A stretch of 64,000 bases of DNA from a virus, in IMG/VR virus record IMGVR_UViG_3300030061_002970; one strand, given 5' to 3'. A model generated the notes under the pieces. That model ran no database searches. It was not told where the DNA came from and saw only the letters and a list, made by a program, of their open reading frames with translations. Every line of letters starts with the position of its first letter. The first letter of the stretch is position 1. This document shows, in pieces, positions 29,319 to 40,108 of the stretch. Position numbers and translations under genes: made by a program.

Positions 29319-32300
29319 ATGGAAGAAAAAGTATATAGAACAAAAATAGATTTAAGAGTTTTAGGGGATGAAATAAAATTTGTTTTTTTTATGTCCGGAA
29401 ATGTTAATAGTAGAACTCCTTCTGAAGTAATAAGTAAAAGAGCGTCATTTAATTTTATTTATGATACTAGTTACCCAGTAGATGTTATTGTAGAAATAAA
29501 AAGTGGTGTACAAAGAACATTTCTATATTTTGACGAAAAAATACTAAAATATAATAATATAAATAAGTTTATAGGGTTAAAACCAACACCCATAATTTTA
29601 GAAGTTTTTACAAATTCTAAAGGCAATCTTGGGTTTGAAAAAATAAACAACTCAATGACTGGTGCTTTTCTAAGTCATAAAAACTATTTTAGTAATAGTC
29701 CGAACAGTGGAGCTATAGAACCTTTTGGTAAAATTATTGGTGGTAAAGCACATGCCTTACAAATGATAATACCTGGTGTTATATTTAGAAGAAATACAAT
29801 ACATAACCTATCTTTTGATATGGATATTTTCATAGAAAAATGCGGTCAATATGTGCATTCACTGGACTTTAAGGTTAATTTAGATAATGATAAAATAATT
29901 AAAGGTGATATTATAACTATAGAACCTGTAAAACAAATTACAACACCACCACAAACAATAAAATTAGAAACAACTTATTTAACACTACACTCTAAAGATT
30001 TGTCAGATAGAGAAGTGATATACGACTACAAAAAACAATTAACACCACAAAATTGTTTACCCGAAACTTTAGATTTAATTAGTAGTAGAGTTTATGCGGT
30101 GAAAAACCCATTAACTCCAAACGTTAACTTAAATGATGTAAACCTACCAACCAATAACTTAATACAAATACCATATAATATTTCTAGATTTGTAGAAAAT
30201 AATGAGGTTAAAGAAAGTAGAAAAGTATTTAAAAATGGAAAATATGTGTACCCATTAAATTGGGCAAGTGAATTACAAAATAATGAACTTTTTAGTGAAG
30301 CTGATAAGTGTTATTCTTTAAAATTTTCTACTAAGACACAACTAAAAGCGTTTGAAGAAAAATTAAAAACACAACAAATTGGTAGTATAGAAAATTATCC
30401 TACAATCAACTCCCAAGGGCAAATACAAAATATACCTAGAACTTATTCTAGAATATCACAATGGGTTAATAGAAGTTCTTTAAATACATTTACAGACGTA
30501 AGGTTTACTTATACTGTTGATGGTGATATTAACACAATAACTGTTTGTCCTAGTAAAGAATGTGTTGTAGGGCCTACAAAAATAGGTTCTGAACAAGGAT
30601 TGTATACAGCAGGTAATGAATATCTCCTACCAAGTGGAGAAGAATATATAGGTTTTTATCATGTACACCCAGAAAAAGGTGCTATGGTAGGAGCAAAACA
30701 CACCACTGAACTACATGATGTTCTAACACCTCTATATACTATAGCACCTATTAGTGCAAATACAGTGACAGATTTTTGTTTTACTACTTACGATAAAAAA
30801 GATGAAACAGAATTATACACAGGATTTACAGCTACGACCGCTGACCCTAATATAACTAATAAAACCTATGACCTACATTTAAGTGGAGCTTCTTTCTCAG
30901 CTAATACTATAGTACCTATTAGTAATATAGAGAGACAAACAAAAATGAAACTAATTGGTGATACCACTCTAGAATATAGACCATATACATTTAGTGAAGC
31001 TTATGGTAGAAATAATGGAACATTAATTTTTAATGAGTCGGATGTGGATAACTATCTTACTTATTCCGCATTAACTAGTGGTATATATAGGTTTACATAT
31101 AAGGGGTATTTAAATATAAAATATACTGATAGTCAGTGGTGTGAATACCTAGAAAAAGCATACCCTTCCGGATTTACAGGTAGTTATCCAGGTAACGACT
31201 ATGAAATTAAAAGACTTATAAATACTTCTATAATTCAAGCAGGTGATGGTGAAAAAGAAGTTGTAGCGACAGACACAGACTTTAAATTTAATGCTGGTGA
31301 AAAATATAGAGATTGTACATCTGGGAGAGAAAAATATATTTGTGGTGATGCACCAGATAATACAGGAATATTAAACTTTAATTTTACAGCTTCTATAATA
31401 CAAGGTTCATCGACAGGTGGTACCGGAACAACATTATCCGAGTTTAAAGTTGTAAGAAGTAGAAAAACAGATGGATTTGCAAACGATTATTTAACATTAG
31501 ATGTTGATAAAAATGATTTAACTACTAGTGGTATGAATAGTTGTATATTAAGTTCTATGACATCATCTACTATATTCCACAAACAAATACCAATCACATT
31601 GGACACGGGATTAATAAACTTAATTAGTGGACAAACCATACAATTAAAATATGAAACAGATTGGAACTCAACCTCTAAAGGTGGGTTTTATTATTTATCC
31701 GGTGGTGCAACAGCTATAGATATAAATTTAGGTCATAGATTAGACACGAGTGGGAATACTTTAGAATCTCCTTATTATCGTGGTATAAAAGCATCTAATG
31801 GTGTTAGTAGTAAAAAATTATTTTTTGACTCAACCAAAAAATCACTACCGTTTGAGTTAAAAGTTGGTGACACTACAAAAACAATAGAACTTGATGGTAC
31901 CCTTTATTTGTCAGATAGTGAATGTGGAAACATAAGAATACCTTTTGTTGATAATAATACTTTTGGTGATTTAAATTTTGTAGATAGTACAGCTCCTGAT
32001 GGTAAATTAGTTTGGGATATTAGTACAGAAAAACCTACAAATAACTGGCAAAGAATGATAGAAAATAATACAATAAAAGACTACATGTTAAGTGACAAAT
32101 CTAATTCACAAATGACCCACATGAAAGAAAACGGATTATTTTCATTCTACCTACCAACATATAATAGTTATGAGTACGGTGCAAAATGTGATTTTAATTT
32201 CCCACAATTAAGTCAGTCTTATATTATAGTTAATAACTTTAAAAATTATTATGGTAATACATTATTACATTATATAGTAGTCACACCAGACTGCGGTTTT

Positions 32301-33242
32301 TATAAACCATGCTCTGGAACAAAAGTAGGTACAACTTATGATATTATACATAAAACTACACCAGCTGACTGGAAATTAGTAAATCTAAACAGAAAATTAA
32401 ACATAAAAGGTAAAGACGTTAATATAGTTTCTGCTTTTTCACATTACAACCCTGAACCAGAAGTCTTATCTAATAGCACTAAATGTAAGTATTACTGCCA
32501 ATGTGGGCAAGAACTATCTAAAGCGTTAAAGTTAGACCCAATATACGGAATAACTAATATATTTCACGATTTAGAAACTAAAGAGTGTGATGATTGTTTA
32601 AAAAATGCACAAGAATATTGTTTTTCTTTAAATAATAAATGTACAGCACATTTAGTTGGGGACTGTGCAAACGATAATATTTATGTGGGACAAGTAATAA
32701 ACAATTTAAGACCAACTACATTTAACACACCTGTTACCACTACACTATTTGGTGGTTCAGACGTATCTTCTGGAGGAGGGTATCCAGCAGGTCCTAGTGG
32801 ACAACCAGGAATTGTAACAGGAGGAGGCGACCCAAGAGGAGGCGACCCAAGAGGAGGCGACCCAAGAGGAGGCGACCCAAGAGGAGGCGACCCAAGAGGA
32901 GGTACTTTAGATACTGGAGTTTTTGTTCTTGGTGATAGACCAACAAATATTGTAAGGTATGGTTGTAAAGAAGGACTGTGTTTTGAAGACCCTGATGGGG
33001 TGTATACTTCATTTGAAGAATGTGTGGCAAGATGTTCACCACCACCTCCACCACCAAGTGGTGACGGACCAGTTAAACCAGCAACCGATACAGAAGATGA
33101 AAAAACTGATGTAAAAGATAAGTACGACGATGAAATTAAAGAAATTTCAGATGTCGGAAAAAAAGGTTTATGTAGTGTAGGTTATTATTGGTGTGAAAGC
33201 GTTGGTAAATGCATAAGTGAAAAAGAACCTTGTAAAGGATAA
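29319..33242 (+). CDS. large mosaic virion protein with GGDPR repeats and C-terminal Cys modules
   Basis: 1307-aa ORF; LYT.G.EY…G.YH.H motif; (GGDPR)5; RYGC…GVYTSFEECVARC. Confidence 0.6.
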   Translation: MEEKVYRTKIDLRVLGDEIKFVFFMSGNVNSRTPSEVISKRASFNFIYDTSYPVDVIVEIKSGVQRTFLYFDEKILKYNNINKFIGLKPTPIILEVFTNSKGNLGFEKINNSMTGAFLSHKNYFSNSPNSGAIEPFGKIIGGKAHALQMIIPGVIFRRNTIHNLSFDMDIFIEKCGQYVHSLDFKVNLDNDKIIKGDIITIEPVKQITTPPQTIKLETTYLTLHSKDLSDREVIYDYKKQLTPQNCLPETLDLISSRVYAVKNPLTPNVNLNDVNLPTNNLIQIPYNISRFVENNEVKESRKVFKNGKYVYPLNWASELQNNELFSEADKCYSLKFSTKTQLKAFEEKLKTQQIGSIENYPTINSQGQIQNIPRTYSRISQWVNRSSLNTFTDVRFTYTVDGDINTITVCPSKECVVGPTKIGSEQGLYTAGNEYLLPSGEEYIGFYHVHPEKGAMVGAKHTTELHDVLTPLYTIAPISANTVTDFCFTTYDKKDETELYTGFTATTADPNITNKTYDLHLSGASFSANTIVPISNIERQTKMKLIGDTTLEYRPYTFSEAYGRNNGTLIFNESDVDNYLTYSALTSGIYRFTYKGYLNIKYTDSQWCEYLEKAYPSGFTGSYPGNDYEIKRLINTSIIQAGDGEKEVVATDTDFKFNAGEKYRDCTSGREKYICGDAPDNTGILNFNFTASIIQGSSTGGTGTTLSEFKVVRSRKTDGFANDYLTLDVDKNDLTTSGMNSCILSSMTSSTIFHKQIPITLDTGLINLISGQTIQLKYETDWNSTSKGGFYYLSGGATAIDINLGHRLDTSGNTLESPYYRGIKASNGVSSKKLFFDSTKKSLPFELKVGDTTKTIELDGTLYLSDSECGNIRIPFVDNNTFGDLNFVDSTAPDGKLVWDISTEKPTNNWQRMIENNTIKDYMLSDKSNSQMTHMKENGLFSFYLPTYNSYEYGAKCDFNFPQLSQSYIIVNNFKNYYGNTLLHYIVVTPDCGFYKPCSGTKVGTTYDIIHKTTPADWKLVNLNRKLNIKGKDVNIVSAFSHYNPEPEVLSNSTKCKYYCQCGQELSKALKLDPIYGITNIFHDLETKECDDCLKNAQEYCFSLNNKCTAHLVGDCANDNIYVGQVINNLRPTTFNTPVTTTLFGGSDVSSGGGYPAGPSGQPGIVTGGGDPRGGDPRGGDPRGGDPRGGDPRGGTLDTGVFVLGDRPTNIVRYGCKEGLCFEDPDGVYTSFEECVARCSPPPPPPSGDGPVKPATDTEDEKTDVKDKYDDEIKEISDVGKKGLCSVGYYWCESVGKCISEKEPCKG
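32821..32902 (+). repeat. perfect 15-bp tandem repeat GAGGAGGCGACCCAA x5 plus 7 nt, in-frame (GGDPR)
   Basis: Directly visible; all copies identical, including synonymous positions. Confidence 0.95.
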
Positions 33243-33257
33243 AAATAAAATATAATT

Positions 33258-36200
33258 ATGGCAATGGCAACATCTAATGGAGATATAATGTTAATCAACT
33301 ATAATGTAGAACACACATTAAGTGGTAAGTGTAATGGGCAAATATGGTCTGTCGACGTTTCCGGTAATACAAGTGTGATTCCACCATATACTGTTAGTTG
33401 GTCTGGTAGTAGTAATAGTTATACAGCAGATACTTTTGATATTATAAATTTATGTGAGGGTTGGTATGAGGCTACTATTACCGATTCCAGAGGTAATACT
33501 GGTAGTACCGAACTACAAGTAAGTGGATTTACGGTACCATTAATAGAAGCAACACTATCTAATAATGATTGTGTGCTAGACACCAATAAACTAGGACAAA
33601 TTAGTGTTACAACCTCAACTACAACAACGTCTAGTTTTAGGTATGATTTGGTTAAAAATGGAAAAGTTGTAGATAGATATTATGGGACAACTGCTGATAC
33701 GACACATATATTTTCTGGTGTAACTAATGGGGTATATACTGTTAGTGTTATTGAGGATAGACCTATGAATACAAACATAGCACCTGATAATAGTGGGTGT
33801 ACCCCATATAACTATAACGATGGTAATAATGGAATGAGTACTGCTGGATGGAATCTTAATACCCTTTCTGGTACTAGTATGAGTTGGGAACCATATGTAC
33901 CTAACGCACCTTATGATATGCCATTTAGTTCTGGTTGGGGACCAGCACCAGCTACTTCTGCAGCATATTTTGATACTGGACTAGGTGTTGATGGAAAAGT
34001 TTATAGTAGTAATCCATATGTGTGGTTTTACACCGGTACAACAGCTAGTAGATTAACAGATAGTAGTGATGATTGGTATTTAGGTGAAGCCGCCATAGAT
34101 ATGACAGAAGGTGGTAATCTAGGACCTACAACATTAGCAGCAACTGCGGGAAATATAGGAAAATTTTACTATAACACAGTAATTAAAAAGTATCTATATT
34201 GGTGGCCAGCACAGGGAGCTGGTTATGGTTGGAGAACATTAGACCCTAGACAAAATTATGGCATATTTGGTAACCCAGTAGCAGTTAGTGGTTTAACAGG
34301 TACATCTTATGGTGTAACAATAGAAGATGTTAGTTCTAGTGATTACTCAGTTAATTCGGGTGGTACAGTAGCTGTTGGGACAGGAATAGTTTTAGAAGGT
34401 GGTTCATCACAACTTTATGCTACTAGTGGAAATATTAGTGGGGTTGTGGGTAAACAAAGTTTATGTTCGTACTACAATTACACTTGGGAAGTTACATTTA
34501 GAAGTGGGGCAGCTGATGACGATACTATAGGTATTACTCTTGCATCTTTTAGGGATGATAGAGGTAAATATGGACCTACAGGTGTGACACATACTTTAGA
34601 CTTAATATTTAATGGTAGGGTTGGTACAACTACAGTCGCTACTAATAATGGTGCTGACGCATATGCATTTAGTAACTATAACACACCTAAATTTAGAAAT
34701 TGTAACGGTGGGTGTAGTGGTGCAGAAACAACTAACTATGGTATAACTACTGTATTGAGTAACACAGCAAGTAAAACACCATTTACCACCAGTACCAATT
34801 GGAATGTTATGGGTGCAACCAGAATTAGGGTAAATAGATATGGTGATTTTGGTGAATTTTTTACAATTGATTTTACAGATACTATGGCTAACGCTTCGGG
34901 GGGTGCAATAACAAAAGGTAATGGTGATGCGAATCCATATAATTCTACTTATACTATAGATTTTAATTTATTAGATAAAAGTACTTGGGTAGGAGATAAT
35001 GCTTCAGCTCCTTATTGGGTGGATAACTATGCTTTATGTAAGTATTTGGGGTCTAGAGGTATTGGTTTTTTTGCTAGTTCACAAGATGATGCCAGATTCT
35101 ACCACATGCAATTTACCGGTGGTTCTTTTAATGAATATTTAGAAGGACCTATATGTGGTGTAGACGATGGACCAACCGAAACTATAGGTATTACAGCTAC
35201 CACAGCTACAACAGTAAATGTAAATAATACTAAATGTAGACCTAAATACACCACAACACAAAAAGGTGTACCACAAGTAAGACCCATAATTAAAGCTTCA
35301 CTACAAACAATGCCATCACCATTATTAACAATTAATGGTTTAAGTAGACCAACAACTACAGTATCTACAGAAATTGGTGGTAAACCAGCACTAGAAGTTT
35401 ATAATTTAGAAAATACTAAAGGTAAAAATATACAATTCTATTTTGGTGGTAATAACCAGGATATGATTTTTGAAAATGCATACCCTAAATTTAGAGTTTA
35501 CCCCTATATATTTGAAACTGAACAAGTAGCTCCATTAGCCGACTACGAAGCGATATTTGACACAATGCCAGCTTACATGGATAGTGATGTTAAATCCATA
35601 ATATTTAGTGCTGAAACATTCATGCCATTATCAGGGTTGTCTACAGATACGTCATGGGAATTTATAATAAGACCTAGTTATTTATATAAAGATAAAAATT
35701 CTACAACAGATACTTGGGTGGATACAGCAGAATACCCAACAAGTAGAGACATAGATGCTGGTAAAGACTTTTATATGGTGGTACTACAAAACCCACCAGT
35801 ACCACAAATATATTTAGACGACTTTGATGTGCCAATAACGGGTTACGCGGTATTAAGAACTGAAACTTATAAATTAGTAAGTGGTTCCGGTGATTTACCT
35901 GATACTACAGCAACCACGTATACTTCATCTACATTTTACTACACACTGGAATCACCAGTAGCTAGTAGACCTATGGTTAGTGTTAATGGTGTTGTTTTAA
36001 AAGAAGGAAGAAGTGGTACTACAGTACCTGATGGGTATAATGCAGGTGGGATTGCATCAAACGATTATGGTGATTATTATTTTTATGAAAATACAAGAAG
36101 TGTTATATTTCACCCAGAAACAGTACAGAATGGTGATGACCTACAATTTATGTATGATACACAAGGTGGTGCGTATACACAATCTGTAGAAATCCCAGGG

Positions 36201-36818
36201 ACAGTGAGTACCGAATCAACCGATAGAATATATGAAGAAAATGGGTATTATTACGTTAATCTAGAAAAACAATCTGTTGGAGCGATAACATTGGCAATAA
36301 ATGGGGTATTACAAAATGATAAAAAAGATTATAGAAAATTTAGTGACACTAAAATACAATTACTAAATGAACCATCAACATATAGTAGTGGTGATGTGTT
36401 AGTTTTATTTTACAAAACAATTTATAAGGTAATATCAGCACCTATAACTAAAGACCCTATTGTACCAGTAACATATACAAAAAATAATAACTTAGAAGAA
36501 GAAATAATAGTTAGACTTTTTAATTCTACTGGTAATTTAGTACAAGAACTTAGAGACAAAATAGATATTGATATGTCAGGTAATATATTTAGAGAATTTA
36601 AATTATTACCTCCTGACCCAGATAGTTATTATTACTATGTTTTGGTAAGAAGATACTACCCATTGATTGGGGGACAAACAATTACAAGTGAATCACAGAC
36701 AGACACAATAAACTTTGTTATGGATAGAAACGTATTCTATTCACCACCAAGAAACAATAATTCAACAATAATCTCAAACACCTCTAGTGGTAGTATTTCT
36801 TCGGGTGGTGGATATTAA
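33258..36818 (+). CDS. virion/tail fibre-like protein with N-terminal SprB-like repeats
   Basis: CNG.I..DVSG…PPYTVSWSG…NLCEG.Y..TITDSRG; VSVNGV/LAINGVLQ…DY beta repeats; ends SSGGGY. Confidence 0.6.
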   Translation: MAMATSNGDIMLINYNVEHTLSGKCNGQIWSVDVSGNTSVIPPYTVSWSGSSNSYTADTFDIINLCEGWYEATITDSRGNTGSTELQVSGFTVPLIEATLSNNDCVLDTNKLGQISVTTSTTTTSSFRYDLVKNGKVVDRYYGTTADTTHIFSGVTNGVYTVSVIEDRPMNTNIAPDNSGCTPYNYNDGNNGMSTAGWNLNTLSGTSMSWEPYVPNAPYDMPFSSGWGPAPATSAAYFDTGLGVDGKVYSSNPYVWFYTGTTASRLTDSSDDWYLGEAAIDMTEGGNLGPTTLAATAGNIGKFYYNTVIKKYLYWWPAQGAGYGWRTLDPRQNYGIFGNPVAVSGLTGTSYGVTIEDVSSSDYSVNSGGTVAVGTGIVLEGGSSQLYATSGNISGVVGKQSLCSYYNYTWEVTFRSGAADDDTIGITLASFRDDRGKYGPTGVTHTLDLIFNGRVGTTTVATNNGADAYAFSNYNTPKFRNCNGGCSGAETTNYGITTVLSNTASKTPFTTSTNWNVMGATRIRVNRYGDFGEFFTIDFTDTMANASGGAITKGNGDANPYNSTYTIDFNLLDKSTWVGDNASAPYWVDNYALCKYLGSRGIGFFASSQDDARFYHMQFTGGSFNEYLEGPICGVDDGPTETIGITATTATTVNVNNTKCRPKYTTTQKGVPQVRPIIKASLQTMPSPLLTINGLSRPTTTVSTEIGGKPALEVYNLENTKGKNIQFYFGGNNQDMIFENAYPKFRVYPYIFETEQVAPLADYEAIFDTMPAYMDSDVKSIIFSAETFMPLSGLSTDTSWEFIIRPSYLYKDKNSTTDTWVDTAEYPTSRDIDAGKDFYMVVLQNPPVPQIYLDDFDVPITGYAVLRTETYKLVSGSGDLPDTTATTYTSSTFYYTLESPVASRPMVSVNGVVLKEGRSGTTVPDGYNAGGIASNDYGDYYFYENTRSVIFHPETVQNGDDLQFMYDTQGGAYTQSVEIPGTVSTESTDRIYEENGYYYVNLEKQSVGAITLAINGVLQNDKKDYRKFSDTKIQLLNEPSTYSSGDVLVLFYKTIYKVISAPITKDPIVPVTYTKNNNLEEEIIVRLFNSTGNLVQELRDKIDIDMSGNIFREFKLLPPDPDSYYYYVLVRRYYPLIGGQTITSESQTDTINFVMDRNVFYSPPRNNNSTIISNTSSGSISSGGGY

Positions 36819-36851
36819 TATAGAATATAGTGAACAAACTAAAATAAAAGG

Positions 36852-36858
36852 TATTTAT
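36852..36858 (+). promoter_or_regulatory. TATTTAT putative late promoter
   Basis: 24 nt before the ATG at 36876. Confidence 0.6.
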
Positions 36859-36875
36859 GATTAAAGACAAAAATT

Positions 36876-39299
36876 ATGAGTTATATAGTTAAAAACAGTA
36901 CACAAGGAGCTATCGTAGCTCGATTAACAGACGCTGGTAGGAAAAAACTATCAGAAGGTAAATTAAATATTGGACTATTCCAAGTAGGAGACAGTGAATT
37001 TTGTTATGATTGTTACACTAATTCACTAACATTTGCTACTGGTACACATATTTTACAAGCAGAACATAACGCACAAAATCTCTTAGGTTTTCCAGCAAAA
37101 AATAAAGGACATGTTAAATACCCATTACAAGATGGTATAGCTAGTGGTGATACATTTGGTCCAACAATACCACAACCAGGATTCGAAGAAGTTTACAATA
37201 CAGCAGCTCAAAGAGGATTTTTTAGTGGTACGGGTTGTAACTTTGGTGCAGAAGTAGGGTTTGAATACGTACTGAACTCAAATTGGGTAACACCAGCCTC
37301 AGCTATGACTGGAGGTGCAACCATGCAAATATTAAGTGCTGGTACAACAAGTCTTTTTGCTGACGAATGTTACACAGATATTGATTACACACCTATGCCG
37401 GGAGATTTAATTTCGGTAACCTACCAACTATCTGGGGGTACTAGTTGTTTTGAATTAAACTGTGACGCACCTTCACCTACACTATTCTACCAAGTTTTAG
37501 ACAATGGAGGTGTAGCATCCGACCAACAAACTACTACTATAACGTTAACATTAGATAGAAATATAGCTGATTTTAATAACAGTGCAAATTTAGCATTCCA
37601 ATCATACTCCGCTGAAACTTTTGCTAGGGTAAGGGTTTATCCTGGGATGTCAGCTGACCCTATGACAACTGATAGTATATATGTTACCGCAAATACTTCT
37701 ACGTATTGGTGTAACGACACACTCTCATTTAATAGTTGTTGTGATGTGTCAGAATTTGACGCTCAAATATGGAATATGAACATTAATTGGACACATACTG
37801 TAGCCGGAGTAGACCCGGCAATATACGAAGGAGTAAATCATTATGGGTCAAGTGGATATTCAGGTTCTAAAGAATATTTTGGTTTAGAGAGCGATAATGG
37901 ACAAACATTTAGTAATACAGCTTATGACGATTATCAAGATTATTTTGCTGGTACCTGGTATTATGATTCATTTAGTAATGTTAGAGGGGTTAAACCTTCA
38001 GAGCAAAAATGTGCTGGATTCATACACTACACCAACTTAAACACCACAGATTTCTATGGTGAAAAATTTGCTTTAGAATCTGTAGGTTATAATCCAGCAA
38101 CCACAATAGGTGAAGCACGTAATTTTAAAATGCATTTACCTTGGTTAATGTGGCATAAAAAAACAAGTGTTACCGGTTCTGGTGCAGGTACGGGAATGGG
38201 AGACGAAACGAAATATGGTCAAACTTTTTATGTTGACCCAGTTGGATTTAGTGTTTTCCCAGTAGGTGCTCAACCACACATAATGCAATCCAACCTTAAT
38301 CCTAATATGAATGATGATGGACTAAGATATTATCATTTATGGGATGACAATTCAGGTAGTGGAACAACTAACCCTAATAGGGTGGGTAAAGTATTCCCAG
38401 ATTATAAAATGGTGGTAATTGATGATGAAGAATTATTAGCAGCAATGTCGTATAAATCAAATAGAAGTTGGACTTTACCAGCACCTAAAACAGAAAAATT
38501 CCCAGCTGGTACTATGTGTACCACAGGATGTACTGGAGGTGCTGTACAATTCCCTGGTGATACACTTTATATGACATATATGTTGGTTAATACTGGAATG
38601 ACTACTGGATTACACTGTAATTATTATGTTAAAGAAACAAAAGCACCTGGAGAAACCGATTTTGACGTAGCTTTTACATTGGGTAGAGAATTCCCTTATT
38701 TAATTACTGATGAGTTAGGTACTGGATTTACAGCAACAAAAGTATACATATTAACACAACTAGTTCAAAATGGAAACACATTAAATCCAGCAGATTGGCA
38801 TTATAGAGATGTGACTGCTGAGTTAACAAATCATACTGTGGGAGATAAAATTTCCGCTTCACAACTAGTAGGTCACACTTTTTATATAACTGAAGATTAT
38901 ACAGCTGGTAGTACTGCAACTTGTCCTTACTGGTCTGCAATGACTTCTTATAACTTAGATAATTTTATAAATATTCCTAGTGTGACAGAACCAACACACT
39001 TACAATTTGGGGATGAATATTTCTTCTATGGGTCACTAGCAACAGATATAATGGCAACAATATATGAAATGAAACATGTAGTACAATTAGGTAATAATCA
39101 GTACACACAATCAACAAATCCAACTTGGGTAGATTATAACTTAGCAAATGCTACTTTACCAGCAGCTAACGCTAGAATAACCGAAATTGGTTTATTTGAT
39201 AATGAAAATGGGAATCCAGATTTAATGGCTATTGCTAAATTGCAGTCACCTATTACAAGAACGGGGACTCAACAATTTACAATAACTATTGATTTTTAA
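36876..39299 (+). CDS. tail-collar/fibre-attachment-like protein (DUF3751-like N- and C-terminal motifs around a large insert)
   Basis: ARLTDAGRKKL…FQVGDSE at the N-terminus; ITEIGLFD…LMAIAKLQSPI at the C-terminus. Confidence 0.6.
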   Translation: MSYIVKNSTQGAIVARLTDAGRKKLSEGKLNIGLFQVGDSEFCYDCYTNSLTFATGTHILQAEHNAQNLLGFPAKNKGHVKYPLQDGIASGDTFGPTIPQPGFEEVYNTAAQRGFFSGTGCNFGAEVGFEYVLNSNWVTPASAMTGGATMQILSAGTTSLFADECYTDIDYTPMPGDLISVTYQLSGGTSCFELNCDAPSPTLFYQVLDNGGVASDQQTTTITLTLDRNIADFNNSANLAFQSYSAETFARVRVYPGMSADPMTTDSIYVTANTSTYWCNDTLSFNSCCDVSEFDAQIWNMNINWTHTVAGVDPAIYEGVNHYGSSGYSGSKEYFGLESDNGQTFSNTAYDDYQDYFAGTWYYDSFSNVRGVKPSEQKCAGFIHYTNLNTTDFYGEKFALESVGYNPATTIGEARNFKMHLPWLMWHKKTSVTGSGAGTGMGDETKYGQTFYVDPVGFSVFPVGAQPHIMQSNLNPNMNDDGLRYYHLWDDNSGSGTTNPNRVGKVFPDYKMVVIDDEELLAAMSYKSNRSWTLPAPKTEKFPAGTMCTTGCTGGAVQFPGDTLYMTYMLVNTGMTTGLHCNYYVKETKAPGETDFDVAFTLGREFPYLITDELGTGFTATKVYILTQLVQNGNTLNPADWHYRDVTAELTNHTVGDKISASQLVGHTFYITEDYTAGSTATCPYWSAMTSYNLDNFINIPSVTEPTHLQFGDEYFFYGSLATDIMATIYEMKHVVQLGNNQYTQSTNPTWVDYNLANATLPAANARITEIGLFDNENGNPDLMAIAKLQSPITRTGTQQFTITIDF

Positions 39300-40108
39300 T
39301 GGCATTTTTAAATATACATAACAATTCTTTGTCCGGTAATACGATGAGGTTATATTTGTCCGATTATGGAAAAGCAGTATTAACATCACAGGTTAGTTTA
39401 CTAGATGCTATACAAAAATTCGGACTATCGGATTCAGATATTGATTATCGTAGATTTGTGGGTAATGGTAGTTGTGTTGATAATATATCTGTAACTGGTG
39501 ATTGTGGTATAACAGGTACTAGTGTTAGTGCATTAACTGGCTCTTGTTTTTATGATTTACCAGATTCTAGGGGTGGAGACCCTTTAGTATTATCTGGTGA
39601 TTACGGAACCCTTTCCTCTGTAATGAAAGGACCTAAATTTGAAATAAAAAAAGGTAATATAAAATTTTTTAATAGTAGTATAGGGAGTGACTATATACAA
39701 TCTACATTATGGTCCACCTTTAAACCACCAACAAAACACCAAGAAGTCGAATTACCTTCTTCTGGGGTAAGGAGTAGTTGTTGGTCTATGGGTATGAGTG
39801 TTACTAGTTATTTTCCATCTTACTGTACTATATGTGCAGATTTTAATCAAGATGGTTATGTAGATATAAATGACTTTAAATCTTTTTTAAGTTTAATGGG
39901 TAATAAAAGTACAAATAATGAATTGGTTGGCGATTTTGATGGTGATGGTGTAGTAGGTGTCTCTGACCTAAATAGTTTTTTAAAATGTTTGGGTAATAAT
40001 GGAGAGAACGTACTAGAGTATTGTAAAGATGAATTTGTTTTCTGTACATTGTGTGAATACCTAGGTAAAGAATCACCATGTAATGGAGATTGTATTAGAT
40101 GTATTTAA
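39299..40108 (+). CDS. tail-collar-like N-domain fused to a dockerin-type double EF-hand
   Basis: LSDYGKAVL…KFGLSDSDIDYR; CADFNQDGYVDINDF…GDFDGDGVVGVSDL. Confidence 0.65.
   Translation: MAFLNIHNNSLSGNTMRLYLSDYGKAVLTSQVSLLDAIQKFGLSDSDIDYRRFVGNGSCVDNISVTGDCGITGTSVSALTGSCFYDLPDSRGGDPLVLSGDYGTLSSVMKGPKFEIKKGNIKFFNSSIGSDYIQSTLWSTFKPPTKHQEVELPSSGVRSSCWSMGMSVTSYFPSYCTICADFNQDGYVDINDFKSFLSLMGNKSTNNELVGDFDGDGVVGVSDLNSFLKCLGNNGENVLEYCKDEFVFCTLCEYLGKESPCNGDCIRCI

Noticed and set aside
32821-32902. CRISPR array
   Set aside because: The repeats are contiguous without spacers and in-frame within a CDS.
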